Shown here: positions 11,436 to 23,400 of the stretch, in pieces
Position numbering within the stretch: the first letter of the stretch is position 1
Layout: every line of letters starts with the position of its first letter
From: Emiliania huxleyi CCMP1516
Lineage: Eukaryota
Assembly (NCBI RefSeq): GCF_000372725.1
Contig: NW_005201732.1
Span: 1 to 64,000, forward strand
DNA length: 64,000 nt
Reading direction: 5' to 3'
Program-made: the position numbers and the translations under genes
Notes under the pieces: model-generated
Seen by the model: the letters and a program-made list of their open reading frames with translations, nothing else
Told to the model about the DNA's origin: nothing
The model's database searches: none

Positions 11436-14400
11436 ATGTGCTCAGAGAGGTCATATTTCGACCTCAACAATGCAGCTGCACACCTCTCCTCGCCAACTGC
11501 AGCGTGTCGCCTCTGCAACGGCAACGGGCGCGGCGCCCGAATCCTTCGCCGCTCAGGCATGCACTGCTACGCTCGACGCTGTTTTCCGCGAGCACCGCCC
11601 TCAGCCCCCACGCCCTCTCCCGATCCCGATGCTGCACAGGTGCAGGTGCTGCCCACATACCAGGCCAGCGGGCTGCGAGGCATCTGCCTGCAGCACCTCC
11701 GGCTGGCCGCGTTTGCCGCTCGACGACAGCACTCTCCGCCTCCGCCGCTCGCGACGGCCGCCTCCCTGGCGGCCGACTCTGTCTGCCCGGCCCCCGCCGC
11801 CACCGTGGCGAGCGTGCAGATCGAGGTCGAGGCACTGCTCGGCGCGCCGCTCCCGTCGGCCGACCGCGGCCTGATGGAGCTCGGCCTCGACTCGTTTGAC
11901 ATCGAGGAGCTCGCGCAGCGGCTCGCCAGCCGGCACCCTCTCTCCGCCCTAGCGCCCTCGGACCTCTTTGGCGCGCCGACGGTCTCGGCGCTCGCCGCGC
12001 TCATCAGCCAGCGCACCGCTGGCGACGGCTCACGGCCATCGGCGGACCCTCCTCACGCGGCGGGTCCCGCGGTGCACGCCGCTGCCCGCCTCACCAGCCT
12101 CGCCGCCTCGCTGCCGCCCGCGAGCGGGCCACGCGGCACGCGAGAGATGGCGGCGTCGGGCGCGGACGTGGTGAGCGAGGCGCCGGCGGAGCGCTGGTCT
12201 CTCCCCGCCACCGACGCGGCCGCGGGCCGGATGCGCCACGGCGCGATCTTGAGCGGCGTCGAGCTCTTCGACGGCGCCTTCTTCGGCGTCTCGCCCGCCG
12301 AGGCGGCGGCAATGGACCCGCAGCAGCGGCTGCTGCTCGAGCGCGGGTACGAGGCGCTGCACGGCGCAGGCCTCGCCCGCCACGAGCTGCTCGGCCTCTC
12401 GACGGGTGTCTTTCTCGGAGCGAGCTACAGCGACTTTGAGCGCCTTCTCCACGGCAAGGCTCCGCCCTCCGCGTACGCCGCCACCGGCGGCAGCCTCGCC
12501 GTCGCGTCGGGCCGCCTGTCGTACACCCTCGGCCTGCAGGGGCCTGCTGTCTCGTACGACACTGCCTGCTCGGCCGCCCTCACAGCCAGCCACGCCGCCA
12601 CGAGTGCGCTGCGGCTCGGCGAGTGCGAGAGCGGGCTGGTGGCCGGCGTCAGCTTGATGCTGCTCCCCGATGTGAGCCACAGCTTCGCTGTCGCGGGCAT
12701 GCTGTCGGCGCTCGGCCGGTCCCACACCTTTGACCGCCGGGCCGACGGGTACGCCCGTGGCGAGGCGTGCTGCGCTTGGCTTCTGCAGGGAGGCGCGACG
12801 GCTCGCCGGCCGGTCGCCTCGGCTCTGGGCAGCTGCGTGCGGCAGGACGGCAAGAGCGCCAGCCTCACCGCGCCCAACGGGCTCGCGCAGCAGTCGCTCC
12901 TCGAGGCGGCGCTCGCCGACGCAGCTGTGGTCGCCGACAGCCTCGCCTGCTCGGAGGCGCACGGCACGGGCACGTCGCTCGGCGACCCGATCGAGGCGCG
13001 GTCGCTCGCCGCGGCGGTGCTCGCCCGGCGCGGCGGCGGCGAGGCGCTCGCGGTGGGCAGCATCAAGGCCAACTGCGGCCACGGCGAGCCGGCGGCGGGC
13101 GCGGGCGGCCTGCTGCGCCTGTTGCTTGGTCTGTGCGGCGCGGAGGCGCCGCCCAACGCGCAGCTGCGGGCGCTCAACCCGCTCGTGAGTGCGGCGGTGG
13201 CGGGCAAGGCGTGCGTGCTGCCGACTCAGCTGGCGGCGCTGCGCTCGACGGCCGCGGCGGCCGGCTCGCAGGAGGGCGGCGTGAGCTCGTTCGGGTACAG
13301 CGGCACGATTGTGCACGCGGTGCTGCGCGTCACGCCCGGCGGAGAGGCGCTTGTGGCGCTCGTCCGGCGGGCAGAGAGCGGCCCGCGGTACCGGCGGCTG
13401 TGCTACAGCCTCGGCCCCGCCCGGGCTGCTGCAGAGGCGCCGGGGAGACGCCGCCTGTACGAGCTCACGTGGCGCTCGGTCGGACTCGCTCCTCCGCAGT
13501 CGCCCGACGTTGTCATTACTTGCGCCGCCATCGGCGATCGGCTGTCGGCGTCGCCGCGTGCTGCCGCCGCACTCCCTCTCGAGCGGCTGGCCTCCCCGCA
13601 CCTCTCCCGCCTCTCTCTGTGGCTTCCGCCCGCCGGCAGCTGTGCACCGCAGGTCGACGCGCTGGCCGTCTTGGTCGAGCTCCTGCGCACCCTCGTGGCA
13701 CTGGTGGGCGAGGGCAGCCCTCGCCGACCCGCGCCGCAGCTCCAGCTCGTCGCCTCCACCTCGAGCCTCGCGGTCCCTCTTGCGCGCGCAGGACAGGTGG
13801 CGCACGCCGGCCTGCTGGGCTTCTCCCGGGTCGTCTGGCGGGAGGCTCCCAGCCTCCGGTTCGGGCTCGTCGACTGCGCCCTGCGGCTGCGGCGCGGGGA
13901 GAAACCTCAGCTGTGGCTTCGCGAGGCGGAGGGCTCGCACGTGGCCGTGCAAGGCCGTCGGGGCTTCAGCGCTGGCCTCTGCTCGAGCAACGTCTCGTCG
14001 CGGCGGAGGGGGAGGGAGCAGGGCAGCTCAACGCCAGAGCAGCAGCTCGTCACCGGCGGCATGGGTGGCCTCGGTCTCCAGACCGCCCTGATGCTGGCGC
14101 GCCGGCGCGCTGGCGGTGCGGAGATTGTGCTGCTCTCGAGGAGCGGCGCGGTGGCGCACACAGGTCAGGGTCTTGAGGCGACCCTCAGGCTGCTACGCAC
14201 ACGCGCGAGGGCCCTGAGCATCCTCGCTGCTGATGTCGGGTGCGCGACAGACGTGACCTCTGCCCTTGCGGCGGCCCCGCGCGTTGGCCGCATCGTGCAC
14301 GCAGCGGGAGTCCTCCAGCGGTCGTTGCTCCAAACCACGGGCCGTGCCGAGCTGTCGATCGCCTTCCACGCGAAAGCGCGCGGCTGCTTCCTGCTGCACG

Positions 14401-17400
14401 CAGCCACGCAGCGCCAGCGCATCGGCGGTTTGCTGCTCTTCTCCTCTGTTGTGGCCGCCCTCGGCAACATCGGGCAGGCCGGCTACGCAGCCGCCAACTC
14501 CTTCCTCGACGAGCACGCGCGTGGGCGAACGCAGCGCGGCCTCGCGGCAGCGAGCGCGCAGCTGCCGTTGATTGAGGGGGTGGGCATGGCGGCGGCGGAA
14601 TTCCGCAAACAGGGCCTGCGAGGGGCGGCGGTGCTCCGAGGCTTTGAGCCTGTGCCACGCGTTGCCTTGGCAGCGTGCCTCGGGCAGCTGCTGCGCGCAC
14701 TTGGCAACGGCTCTGTCCTCACGCCGCTGCTGTCGCCCGACGCTTTGCACGCTCACGGTCCCCAGCCTCCGCCCTCGCCACGCCACGCAGCCGATCCGAC
14801 CCCTTACGGGGCGGAGGCGCGGCGCGGCGCGCTCCAGTCGGCCATTCTGGCCGTCGTGACCGAGATCTCCGGCTCCGCTGTCGCGTGGGACGCGCATTCG
14901 GCGTTTCTCGAGTGCGGCCTAGCTTCGTTGGATCTGGTCGAGGCTGCCCACGCGCTCGGGAGGAGAACAGGCGTTCGCCTCGAGCCGACGACTCTCTTCG
15001 CTCGCCCCAACATGGCATCGTTGCTCGCCTATTTGCTGGAGCGCACCGGCTCTCCAGCCGTCGGCGCCGCTGCGGGCGCCATGCGGCGCAGCGGCAGCCT
15101 GCCGGTGTCCGCTTCTGTCTGCCACTGCGCGGCGCGGGTCCCAGGTGGGGCAGGAAGGCGTCATGTTTGGCCCCTCGTCGCGGCGAGCGGCGACGCAGTG
15201 TCCAAGCTTCCCTTGCGCCTCGAGCTCGCGCAAGCCGCTCCGCACGCTCGCGGTTCTGCGGCTCAATTCTCGTTTGCAAGCCGCGGCGCCTTCTTGTCGG
15301 GCATCGGTCGCTTCGACAGTGCGTTCTTTGGAATTGCACCGCTCGAGGCCGCTTCCATGGACCCGCGCCAGCGCATGCTGCTCGAGGTTGGCTACGAGGC
15401 TTTTCACGCGGGCGGCCCGGCGAGCAAGGCTCCGCGTGCCGACGGGGTGTTCCTCGGGCTCGAGGCGAGCGAGTGGGAAGGCTTGAGGCAAGGCGCCTTG
15501 CGGCCGCATGCGCTTACAGCAACCTCGTCCGCCGTCGCGGCGGGGCGCCTCAGCTACTGTCTCGGCTTGCAGGGCCCCTGCTGGACGTGTGATGCTGCGT
15601 GCGCATCGTCGCTAGTCGCCCTCCATTGCGGCTTGCAGAGCTGCGAGGCGTCTGATGCCGACCGTGCGCTTGCTGCCGGCGCAAACCTGCTGCTGCTGCT
15701 TGACGCATCAGTCACGATGGGGAGCGCAGGCATGCTAGCGCGAGACGGGCGATGTAAGACGTTCGATGCGCGTGCGGATGGCTACGTGCGGGCCGAGGCG
15801 TGCGTCGCCGCCGTTTTGGCGACGAAGTTTGTCGCAGTGGAGATGTGCTGCATCCTCGGCAGAGCGGTGCGGCAGGACGGGCGCAGCGCCAGTCTGACCG
15901 CGCCCAACGCGGCCGCGCAGGAGACGTTGCTCAACGCTGCCGGCGCAATGGCACCACTAGAGCAGCGGATCGGTGACCGAGGGCTTGAAGCCCATGGCAC
16001 CGGCACCGCTCTCGGTGATCCGATCGAGATGGCGGCGGTTCGCGCTGTCGACAGGGAGAGGGACTCGCCGCCTCTGGCTGTGGGCGCCACAAAGGCTAGC
16101 TTTGGGCACTCGGAGGCGGCTTCAGGGCTGGGGGGGCTGCTAAGCATCTTGGCGATGCTGGATCAGGCAGGAGGCGCACCGAATGCGCAGTTGCGACGGA
16201 TCAACCCGCTCATCAGAGATGGCCAAGGCGTCAACGAGCACCCAACTTCATTCAACACTCAGCGGGACAGGAGGGTAGACATTGTGACCGGCGTGAGCTC
16301 GTTCGGCTACAGCGGCACCATTGCGCACGCATTGGCGCGACGGGCGCAGCCCATAGGCTCGATAAATCCTTTGTGTTTGGGCGGCCTGCGCGCGCCGGCC
16401 GCGTTCCGCCGCCGGCGCTTTGCCTGGGGCGAGGCGGCGCACCCCTTGCGGCAGCACCGCTGGCCAGCCGCCGAAGCGGCGACGCTGAGCTTCCGCTCGC
16501 CTGCGGACGGGGTGCTGGCCGCGCTGGTCGCAGACCACCGGGTCCGCGGCCGCGTCGTCTTCCCCGCGGCCGCTCACCTCGAGATGGCGCGCGCTGTGTG
16601 CTGCGGGGACGCGGCCGGCGGCGCCTCGTCCACGCGCGCCACGCTCCGGCAAGGCGTCTTTGTGCAGCCCTTGCCACTCGACGAGCCGCTCGGGCTGTGG
16701 GTGGGCTGCGCCGTGGTGGAGGGCGCGATGGCGCGGGTCGAGACGCGCAGCTGGCGCGAGGCGGACCAGCGCGAGCAGGCGGGGGCGCCGCACGAGACGG
16801 CCCTGCACATGAGCGCAGACGTCGGTGCGGCAGGACGGCAGCGCTCGCCGGCGGCGGCGCGTCTGCGGACGCGTCTGGCGGCGGCGTTGTGCCCCGCTGC
16901 TGCGTACGCGTCGCTCCGCTCCTCCGGGCTCGAGTACGGCCGCTCTTTCCGAGTGCTCGAGGCGGCATGGGCTGGGGCGGCGGCGGCATCAGCCCTGCTC
17001 CATCGCCGCCGGTACGGCGAAGGCACGCTCGTGCATCCGGCAGACCTCGACGGCGCGCTGCAGCTCTCTGCTCTCCTCACCGCGCAGCCGGCTCGCGGCG
17101 GGACAGCCTTGCCATTCGCGGTGGAGGAGGCGGGCCTCGGCGGCCAAGCGGCGAGCTTGCTTCTGGCGGTGGCGTCCGCCTCCGGGCCCGACACCGCCGC
17201 CGTGTGGCTCTGCCATCGCGGTGGCGCGAGCGAGGGCGCGGACAGCGCTGGCGGCGGCCTCGCTGGCGGCGGCTGCCTGGCTCGGCTGGTGGGGCTCCGC
17301 AGCCGGCAGCTCGTCGACGGCGCTGGAGCGGGCGAGGCGCAAGGGCACCTCTACCAGACGGCGTGGCGGCGCTCAGACCTCGGCCCCTCGCCCGGCCAGC

Positions 17401-20400
17401 CGAGCGCCGCGCTGCTCGCGGTGCGGCCGGCGACCCGAGATGCAGCGGCAGCGGCATCGCCGCCTCCGGTCGGTGGCGCTGCGCGCCTGCTCGGCCAGTT
17501 CAGCGCAGGCGGGATGCTGCACGTCGACAGCTTGGCGGCGCTCGAGGCTGGCTTGCGGCACGTGGTCGCTCTCGCGGCGGCGGCTGCGCCAGCTGGCCTG
17601 CGGCTCCTCACCCTCGGCGCCCAGCAGGCGTCGCCACGCGGCGCGATGCGCATCACGGACGCGGGGCTGTGGGGCCTGTCGCGTGCCGCGCGGCAAGAGT
17701 CGATGGGCAGCAGCTTGGCGTGCACAGACTGGTCGCTCGAGTCGCAGGGCGGCGGCGGCACTGTAGGCGTGCTCGCGGCTCTCGAGGCGCTTGCCGCGGC
17801 AGGCGAGCTCGAGACGGCGGTGTGCACGGATGGCCGCGACGTCCTCGCGCCTCGCCTCGCCCGCGCCTCCGACTCGACATCGCGGCGGCCAGCCTGGCTG
17901 CGCCTCGGTGCACGCGGCGCGCTGAGCGCGCTCGTGGTCGAGCCACAGCCGCCGTTCCGCCTGCCCCCCTCGCGGGGCGAGACCGAGCTCAGCGTGCGCG
18001 CCGTCGGCCTCAACTTCAGAGACGTGCTCAACGTGCTCGGAGAGTACCCGGGCGACCCCGGGCCTCCTGGCAGCGACTGCTCCGGCGTCGCGGCGGGCGC
18101 TGGTGCCACCGGCGCTCGGCTGGGCCTGGCCACTGGCGCGCTCGCGTCGCTGGCGCGGGCTGACTCGCGGCTCGTAGTGCCCAAGCCGGCGGCACTCACC
18201 TTCGAGCAAGCCAGCAGCCTGCCCACCGCGTGGATGACGAGCCACGTCGCCCTCTCTGACTCCACGCCGTCCGCGCGGAAGCGATGCCTGTTGCACGCCG
18301 GCGCGGGCGGTGTGGGGCTTGCGGCGACCGTCTACGCGCGCTGGCTGCGGCTGCGGATCAGCGTGACGGCCGGCGCGCGAGCGAAGCACCGCTTCCTACG
18401 CCAGACCGGCGCTCTCGAGCAGTGGAGCTCGCGCAGCGGCGGCGCCTTTGCGTGGGGCGGCGCCTCGCAGCTGCGCGGGGCGCGGCTGGACGTGGTGCTG
18501 AGCAGTCTGTCGCGCGACTTCACGGCCTGCTCGTGGGCACTGCTCTGCGAGTCGGGCCACTTTGAGGAGATCGGCAAGCGCGGCGTGTGGAGTCGCGGCC
18601 GTGCGGCGGGAGCGGTGCCCCACGCACGATTCCACGCGATCGCCCTCGACAGCCTGGCCGAGCGCGAGGCGCCGCGGGCACGCCTCACGCTGCTCGTGCT
18701 CCGGTCGCGTGCGACCGCGCGGGTGGCCGTCGGCCTGCCACGCGTCAGCTTCTGGCTGGAGCAGGCTGTGGCGGCGGCGTTCCGCTGGCTGCAGAGCGGG
18801 CGGAGCATCGGCAAGGTCGTCGTGCGGCTTCGCGCTCCTCCCTCGACGCCAGCAGCGCAAGCGTCGCACCTTCTGAGCGGCGGCACGGGTGCGCTCGGCC
18901 AAGCCACGGCGGGCTGGCTTGCACAGCGCGGCGCGACGCGGCTGATATTCGCGTCGCGCGGCGGCGGCTCGGTCAGCAGCGGCCCGGCCGGGCTGCCTTC
19001 GGGGAGCGCTGCGCTCTTTGTGCGGTGCGATGTGGCGCAGCCCCGGGAGGTGGAGCGCGCCCTCGCGCTGGCTGCGAACCCGCCGGCGGCGCCGTTGCGG
19101 GGCGTGTGGCACGCGGCGGGCGTGCTCGCCGACGGGCTCCTGGCGCAGCAGGGCGCGAGCGGGCTGCGTCGCGTCAGCGCGAGCAAGTCGCACGGCGCGG
19201 CGCTCCTACACCGCGCCGGCTCCGCCTTGCCGCTGCAGGCGTCGGTCCTCTTCTCGTCGATAGCGGCGCTCTTTGGCGGCGCCGGCCAGGCCAACTACAG
19301 CGCGGCGAGCAGCGGCCTCGACGCGCTCGCGCGGGGCGTGCACGCGCGTGGCCGGGCGGCCCTGAGCGTGCAGTGGGGCCCTTGGGCATCCTCGGGCATG
19401 GCGGCCGCCGACAACGTGCGCACGAGGCTGCAGGCGTCGGGGATCGGGCTGCTCGGCATCGCGGAGGGCGGCCCCGCGCTCGCTGCGGCGCTGTCGCGCG
19501 ACGCGCCGCCGGTGCTGGCGGCGGTGGCTGTGCGGTGGGACCGCTTCCTGGCCGGGCGCGCGACGCCGGCCTTGCTGAGCGCGTTCGGCCGCCCAGGAGG
19601 CGCCGGGGGGAAGGCATCGAGGCGAGCAGAGGCGACGGGGGCGGTCGCGGCGGCGACGCGCAGCCTGAGCGTCGCCGAGGTGCTTGAGCTGGTGCACCGC
19701 ACGGCCGGCGCCACCGCCGACGCGGACACGCCTCTGCTCGAGGCCGGCGTCGACTCGCTCGGCGCGGTCGAGCTGCGCAACCAGCTGCACGCCGCGGTGG
19801 GCGGCCGAGCGGCGCTGCCAAGCACGCTCGTCTTCGACCACCCGAGCGCACGGCAGCTGGCGGCGTACCTGTCGGACGGCGCCACGCCCGAGCCGGCTGC
19901 GCCGCTGCACCGCGCCCCGGCTGCGCACGAGCGAGGCCGAGTCGCCGTGCTCGTCACGGGCGCGAGCGCGGTGCTGCCCTCTGGCGCCGCGGGCGCGGAG
20001 GCGGTGTGGCGGGTCGCCATGAGCGCGGCGGACCTGATCTCGGAGGTGCCCGCCGAGCGGTGGCCGCTCGGCCCTCGGCCCGACTCGGCAGCCGGCGACG
20101 CGGTGTCGAGCCGCGTCCGGCACGGCGGCTTTGCGCGCGGCGTCGAGCTCTTCGACGGCGCCTTCTTCGGCGTCTCGCCCGCCGAGGCGGCGGCGATGGA
20201 CCCGCAGCAGCGGCTGCTGCTCGAGCGCGGGTACGAGGCGCTGCACGGCGCGGGCGAGCGGCGCGAGGGGCTGGCGGGCAGCCTGACGGGCGTCTTCGTC
20301 GGCATCGCGTCGACGGACTTCGCCGCCGCGCTCGCCTCGCAGAGCGTGGGCGGCGTCTACGCGGCGACGGGAGGGGCGCACTCGGTCGCCTCGGGCCGCC

Positions 20401-23400
20401 TGTCCTTCGCGCTCGGGCTGCACGGCCCGTGCGCGGCGTACGACACGGCGTGCTCGTCGGCGCTGGTGGCGGGCCACGCGGCGCTCCGGTCGCTGCAGCT
20501 GGGCGAGAGCTCCGCCGCGCTGGTGTCGGCTGTCAACGTGATGCTGTCGCCGCGGGTCGGGCTCACGTTTGCCGTGGCGGGCATGACGTCCGTGCTCGGC
20601 CGCAGCCACACGCTCGACAGGCGCGCCGACGGGTACGCGCGGGCGGAGGCGTGCACCGCAGCGGCGCTGCGTCCGGCCGGGTCGCAGCCGGGCGGGCCGC
20701 ACGAGCCGGTCGCGACGCTGAGCGGCAGCTGCGTGCGGCAAGACGGGAGGAGCGCCAGCCTGACGGCGCCGAACGGCCTGGCCCAGAGGGCCTTGATATC
20801 GTCCGCGACTGCGGACGCCTGTCGCACTCCTCACTCGGTCGCTGGCTTTGAACTCGCCGCTGCCGGCTCGCTGCTCGGGGACGCCGTTGAGACGTTGTCG
20901 CTTTGTGGAATCTTGGACGCCCCTTGTACCGCACCCGACTCGTCGACGAGCGTCGCCGCCGTCCTCACTGGAATCAAGGCCAGTGTCGGCCATGCGGAGC
21001 CCGCGGCTGGGCTTACCTCGCTCCTCGCCTCGCTGGCCTCGCTGCGTGTCGGGCAGCACGCACCCCACGCGCAGCTTCGAAGCCTCAACACCAGCTGCAT
21101 CCAATCCGACTCCGAGACCGTTTCCATGTGCCTCCCCGTAGCATGCTCACCAGTCCGAGCTGGTCCATCTCCCCCTTCCGGAGGGACGAGCGCCTTTGGC
21201 TTCTCGGGCACCATTGCTCACAGCGTGGCCGAGGCCCTCAGTAGCCCCATTCTTGGCTCCCCTTTGCCGGCGGCCCCCCGACTCTTCCGGAGGGGTATCG
21301 CGTGGAGTGTGCCCTCGAGCGATTATTCTCGCCCCGCTGGCGAGGCAGTAGGGCATCACGTCACTCAAGACCAGGCCGGCGCTACGCCGCGCGCGCCGCA
21401 TCCGGACGCCCTCGCGGTGATCCGCCGCGGGCTGCGAGATCTCGGCGCCTCTCAAGACCTCGACATACCGTTGGCGGCCGCGGGTCTGGACTCGAGGGCG
21501 CTGCTCTCGTTGTGGCACGCAACCATCGCCCCCGTCTGTGGCGGCGTTGTGCCGAGCGCGTTCTGGAGGCTGCTGGCAGACGAGGAGTCCACAGGCCGCG
21601 GTGTTGCTGCCGCGCTGCAAAAGACCATCGAGCTCACCCAGCCCGCCGGCGAGCAAGGGGCTGGCCAGGTGGAGGAGCGGCCGCCCGAGCTGCAGCCTCG
21701 GCTGAGGGTCGAGACGCTCGCACGGCCCTTTGACCCGCTGGACACCCAGTCCTTTGGCGCAGTGCGCGGGCCGGTCGCCCCCTCGGGGTGCGTCTTCTAT
21801 ATCCCTGGCCTTCCCGGCGTCTGCCAGCTCGAGTTTGTCCAGCTCTGCCAGCACCTGGCCGACGTCACCGTGGTGGGACTGCCGTATGCCGCCGCCATGG
21901 CGAGACCGGCGCTAACGATGGAGTCGCTGGCCTTCTACCTCGTGAGTGAGATGCGCGCTGTACAGCCCGAGGGCCCGTACAAGGTGGCGGGCTTCTCGCT
22001 GGGGGGCTGCATCGCAATGGCGGTTTGCCGTGCTCTCGAAGAGATTGGCCACAGCGTGCACTCCCTCGTCCTCCTCGACCCGATCTTTCCGAGCTCCTCG
22101 TGGGTGCCCCGGCCGTGCTTGAAGCTTGCGCTTCGCTCGTTGCAGCAGCCGGCCGCGCCTTCACACGGGGAGGGCGCTCTCGCGTGGGACGTTGTGCTAC
22201 GGCTCGCGTCGGCCGCTGCCGCGTCGCCACCTTTGGACACGCCAACACTGCTCGTGCATGCCGTCGGGCCACTGACGCTCCCCGGCGGGCCCCGGACGTC
22301 GGCGGGTCTGGCAGCCGGCTTTGATCGTGGGGACGCGGTGCTTGCGAGTGCAAAGCGCCTGCGGCGCGTCCGCGTCAGTGGCAGCCACGCGTCCTTCCTC
22401 ACCGATCCTGCAGAGGCCCGGCGTGCGCTGGCCGCCGTCCGGGAGTTCCTGCAGCAAGGCGCTTCTCAGTGGAGCGAGGAAGACGAGGCGCTGGCTTGGG
22501 CCGTGGAGTTTCTGAGCGGGCAGCGCCCCGGAGGAGACTCTGAGGCTATCGCCGACACGCCGCTCGCGCAGCTCGGCCTCTCCTCCTTTGCGCTCCGCGC
22601 GCTAGTCGGTGGGGCCGTCCAGCGGCTCTCCTCCGGGTCCGGTGGCGGCGCCGCCTCCTATGGCAGCGCTGCGCTGACTGCTGGGCTCGAGGACTTTTCA
22701 GGGAGCGTCCGCGACTTTGTGGCGAGGCTTGCCGCCGCGGCGGGCAGTGCGCCTTCCGCCGCAGAGTGGTCTCATGAGATGCCACCGCCGTTGACGCCGA
22801 CATCAGCCTTTGAGCCCGTCGACCCGAGCGAGGCACGCCGACACTACTCCCTGCGCCCAAGCGCACGTTCCCGGCGCTGCTACGGCCAGGGCACCGTCCT
22901 GGTGCTCGCCGCGGAGGGCGGGTCGGAGCTCCTGTTTGAGTCCGTCTGGCCCAGCGCCGTCACCCTCCGCCACGGCCCCCGCTACGAGGCGAGGCAGAGG
23001 GGCGAGCGGTCCCTCCTCTTTGTGTGCCGGCCTGGCTCGCTGGAGGACTACCGCCGCTGCTTTGCAGACCCTCGATGGGGGCAGGTCGCAGCAATCTCGC
23101 TGGTCCTCAACTGCTGGCAGCCGCCCTCGGACAGCGCCGCGCTCGGAATCCTGAGGGCGAGCGTCCTGTCCCGGCGGATTCACCTCGCGGCGCCCGCGAG
23201 GTACCTGCGGCTCGCGCCCGAGGGCACGCAACCGAGCGCCTCCCGTATCGCCGACCTCGACGCGGCGATCATGCGGCCCCTTGCCGAGGTCGTGCAGCTC
23301 ACTGGGCCGGACCGCACCCCCGTGAGCAGCGCGGCGCTGGGCGCGGCCGCCTTGCGCGTGGCCCGCGCCAGCCGTCCGCCGCCGCTGGTGCAGCTGCGCG

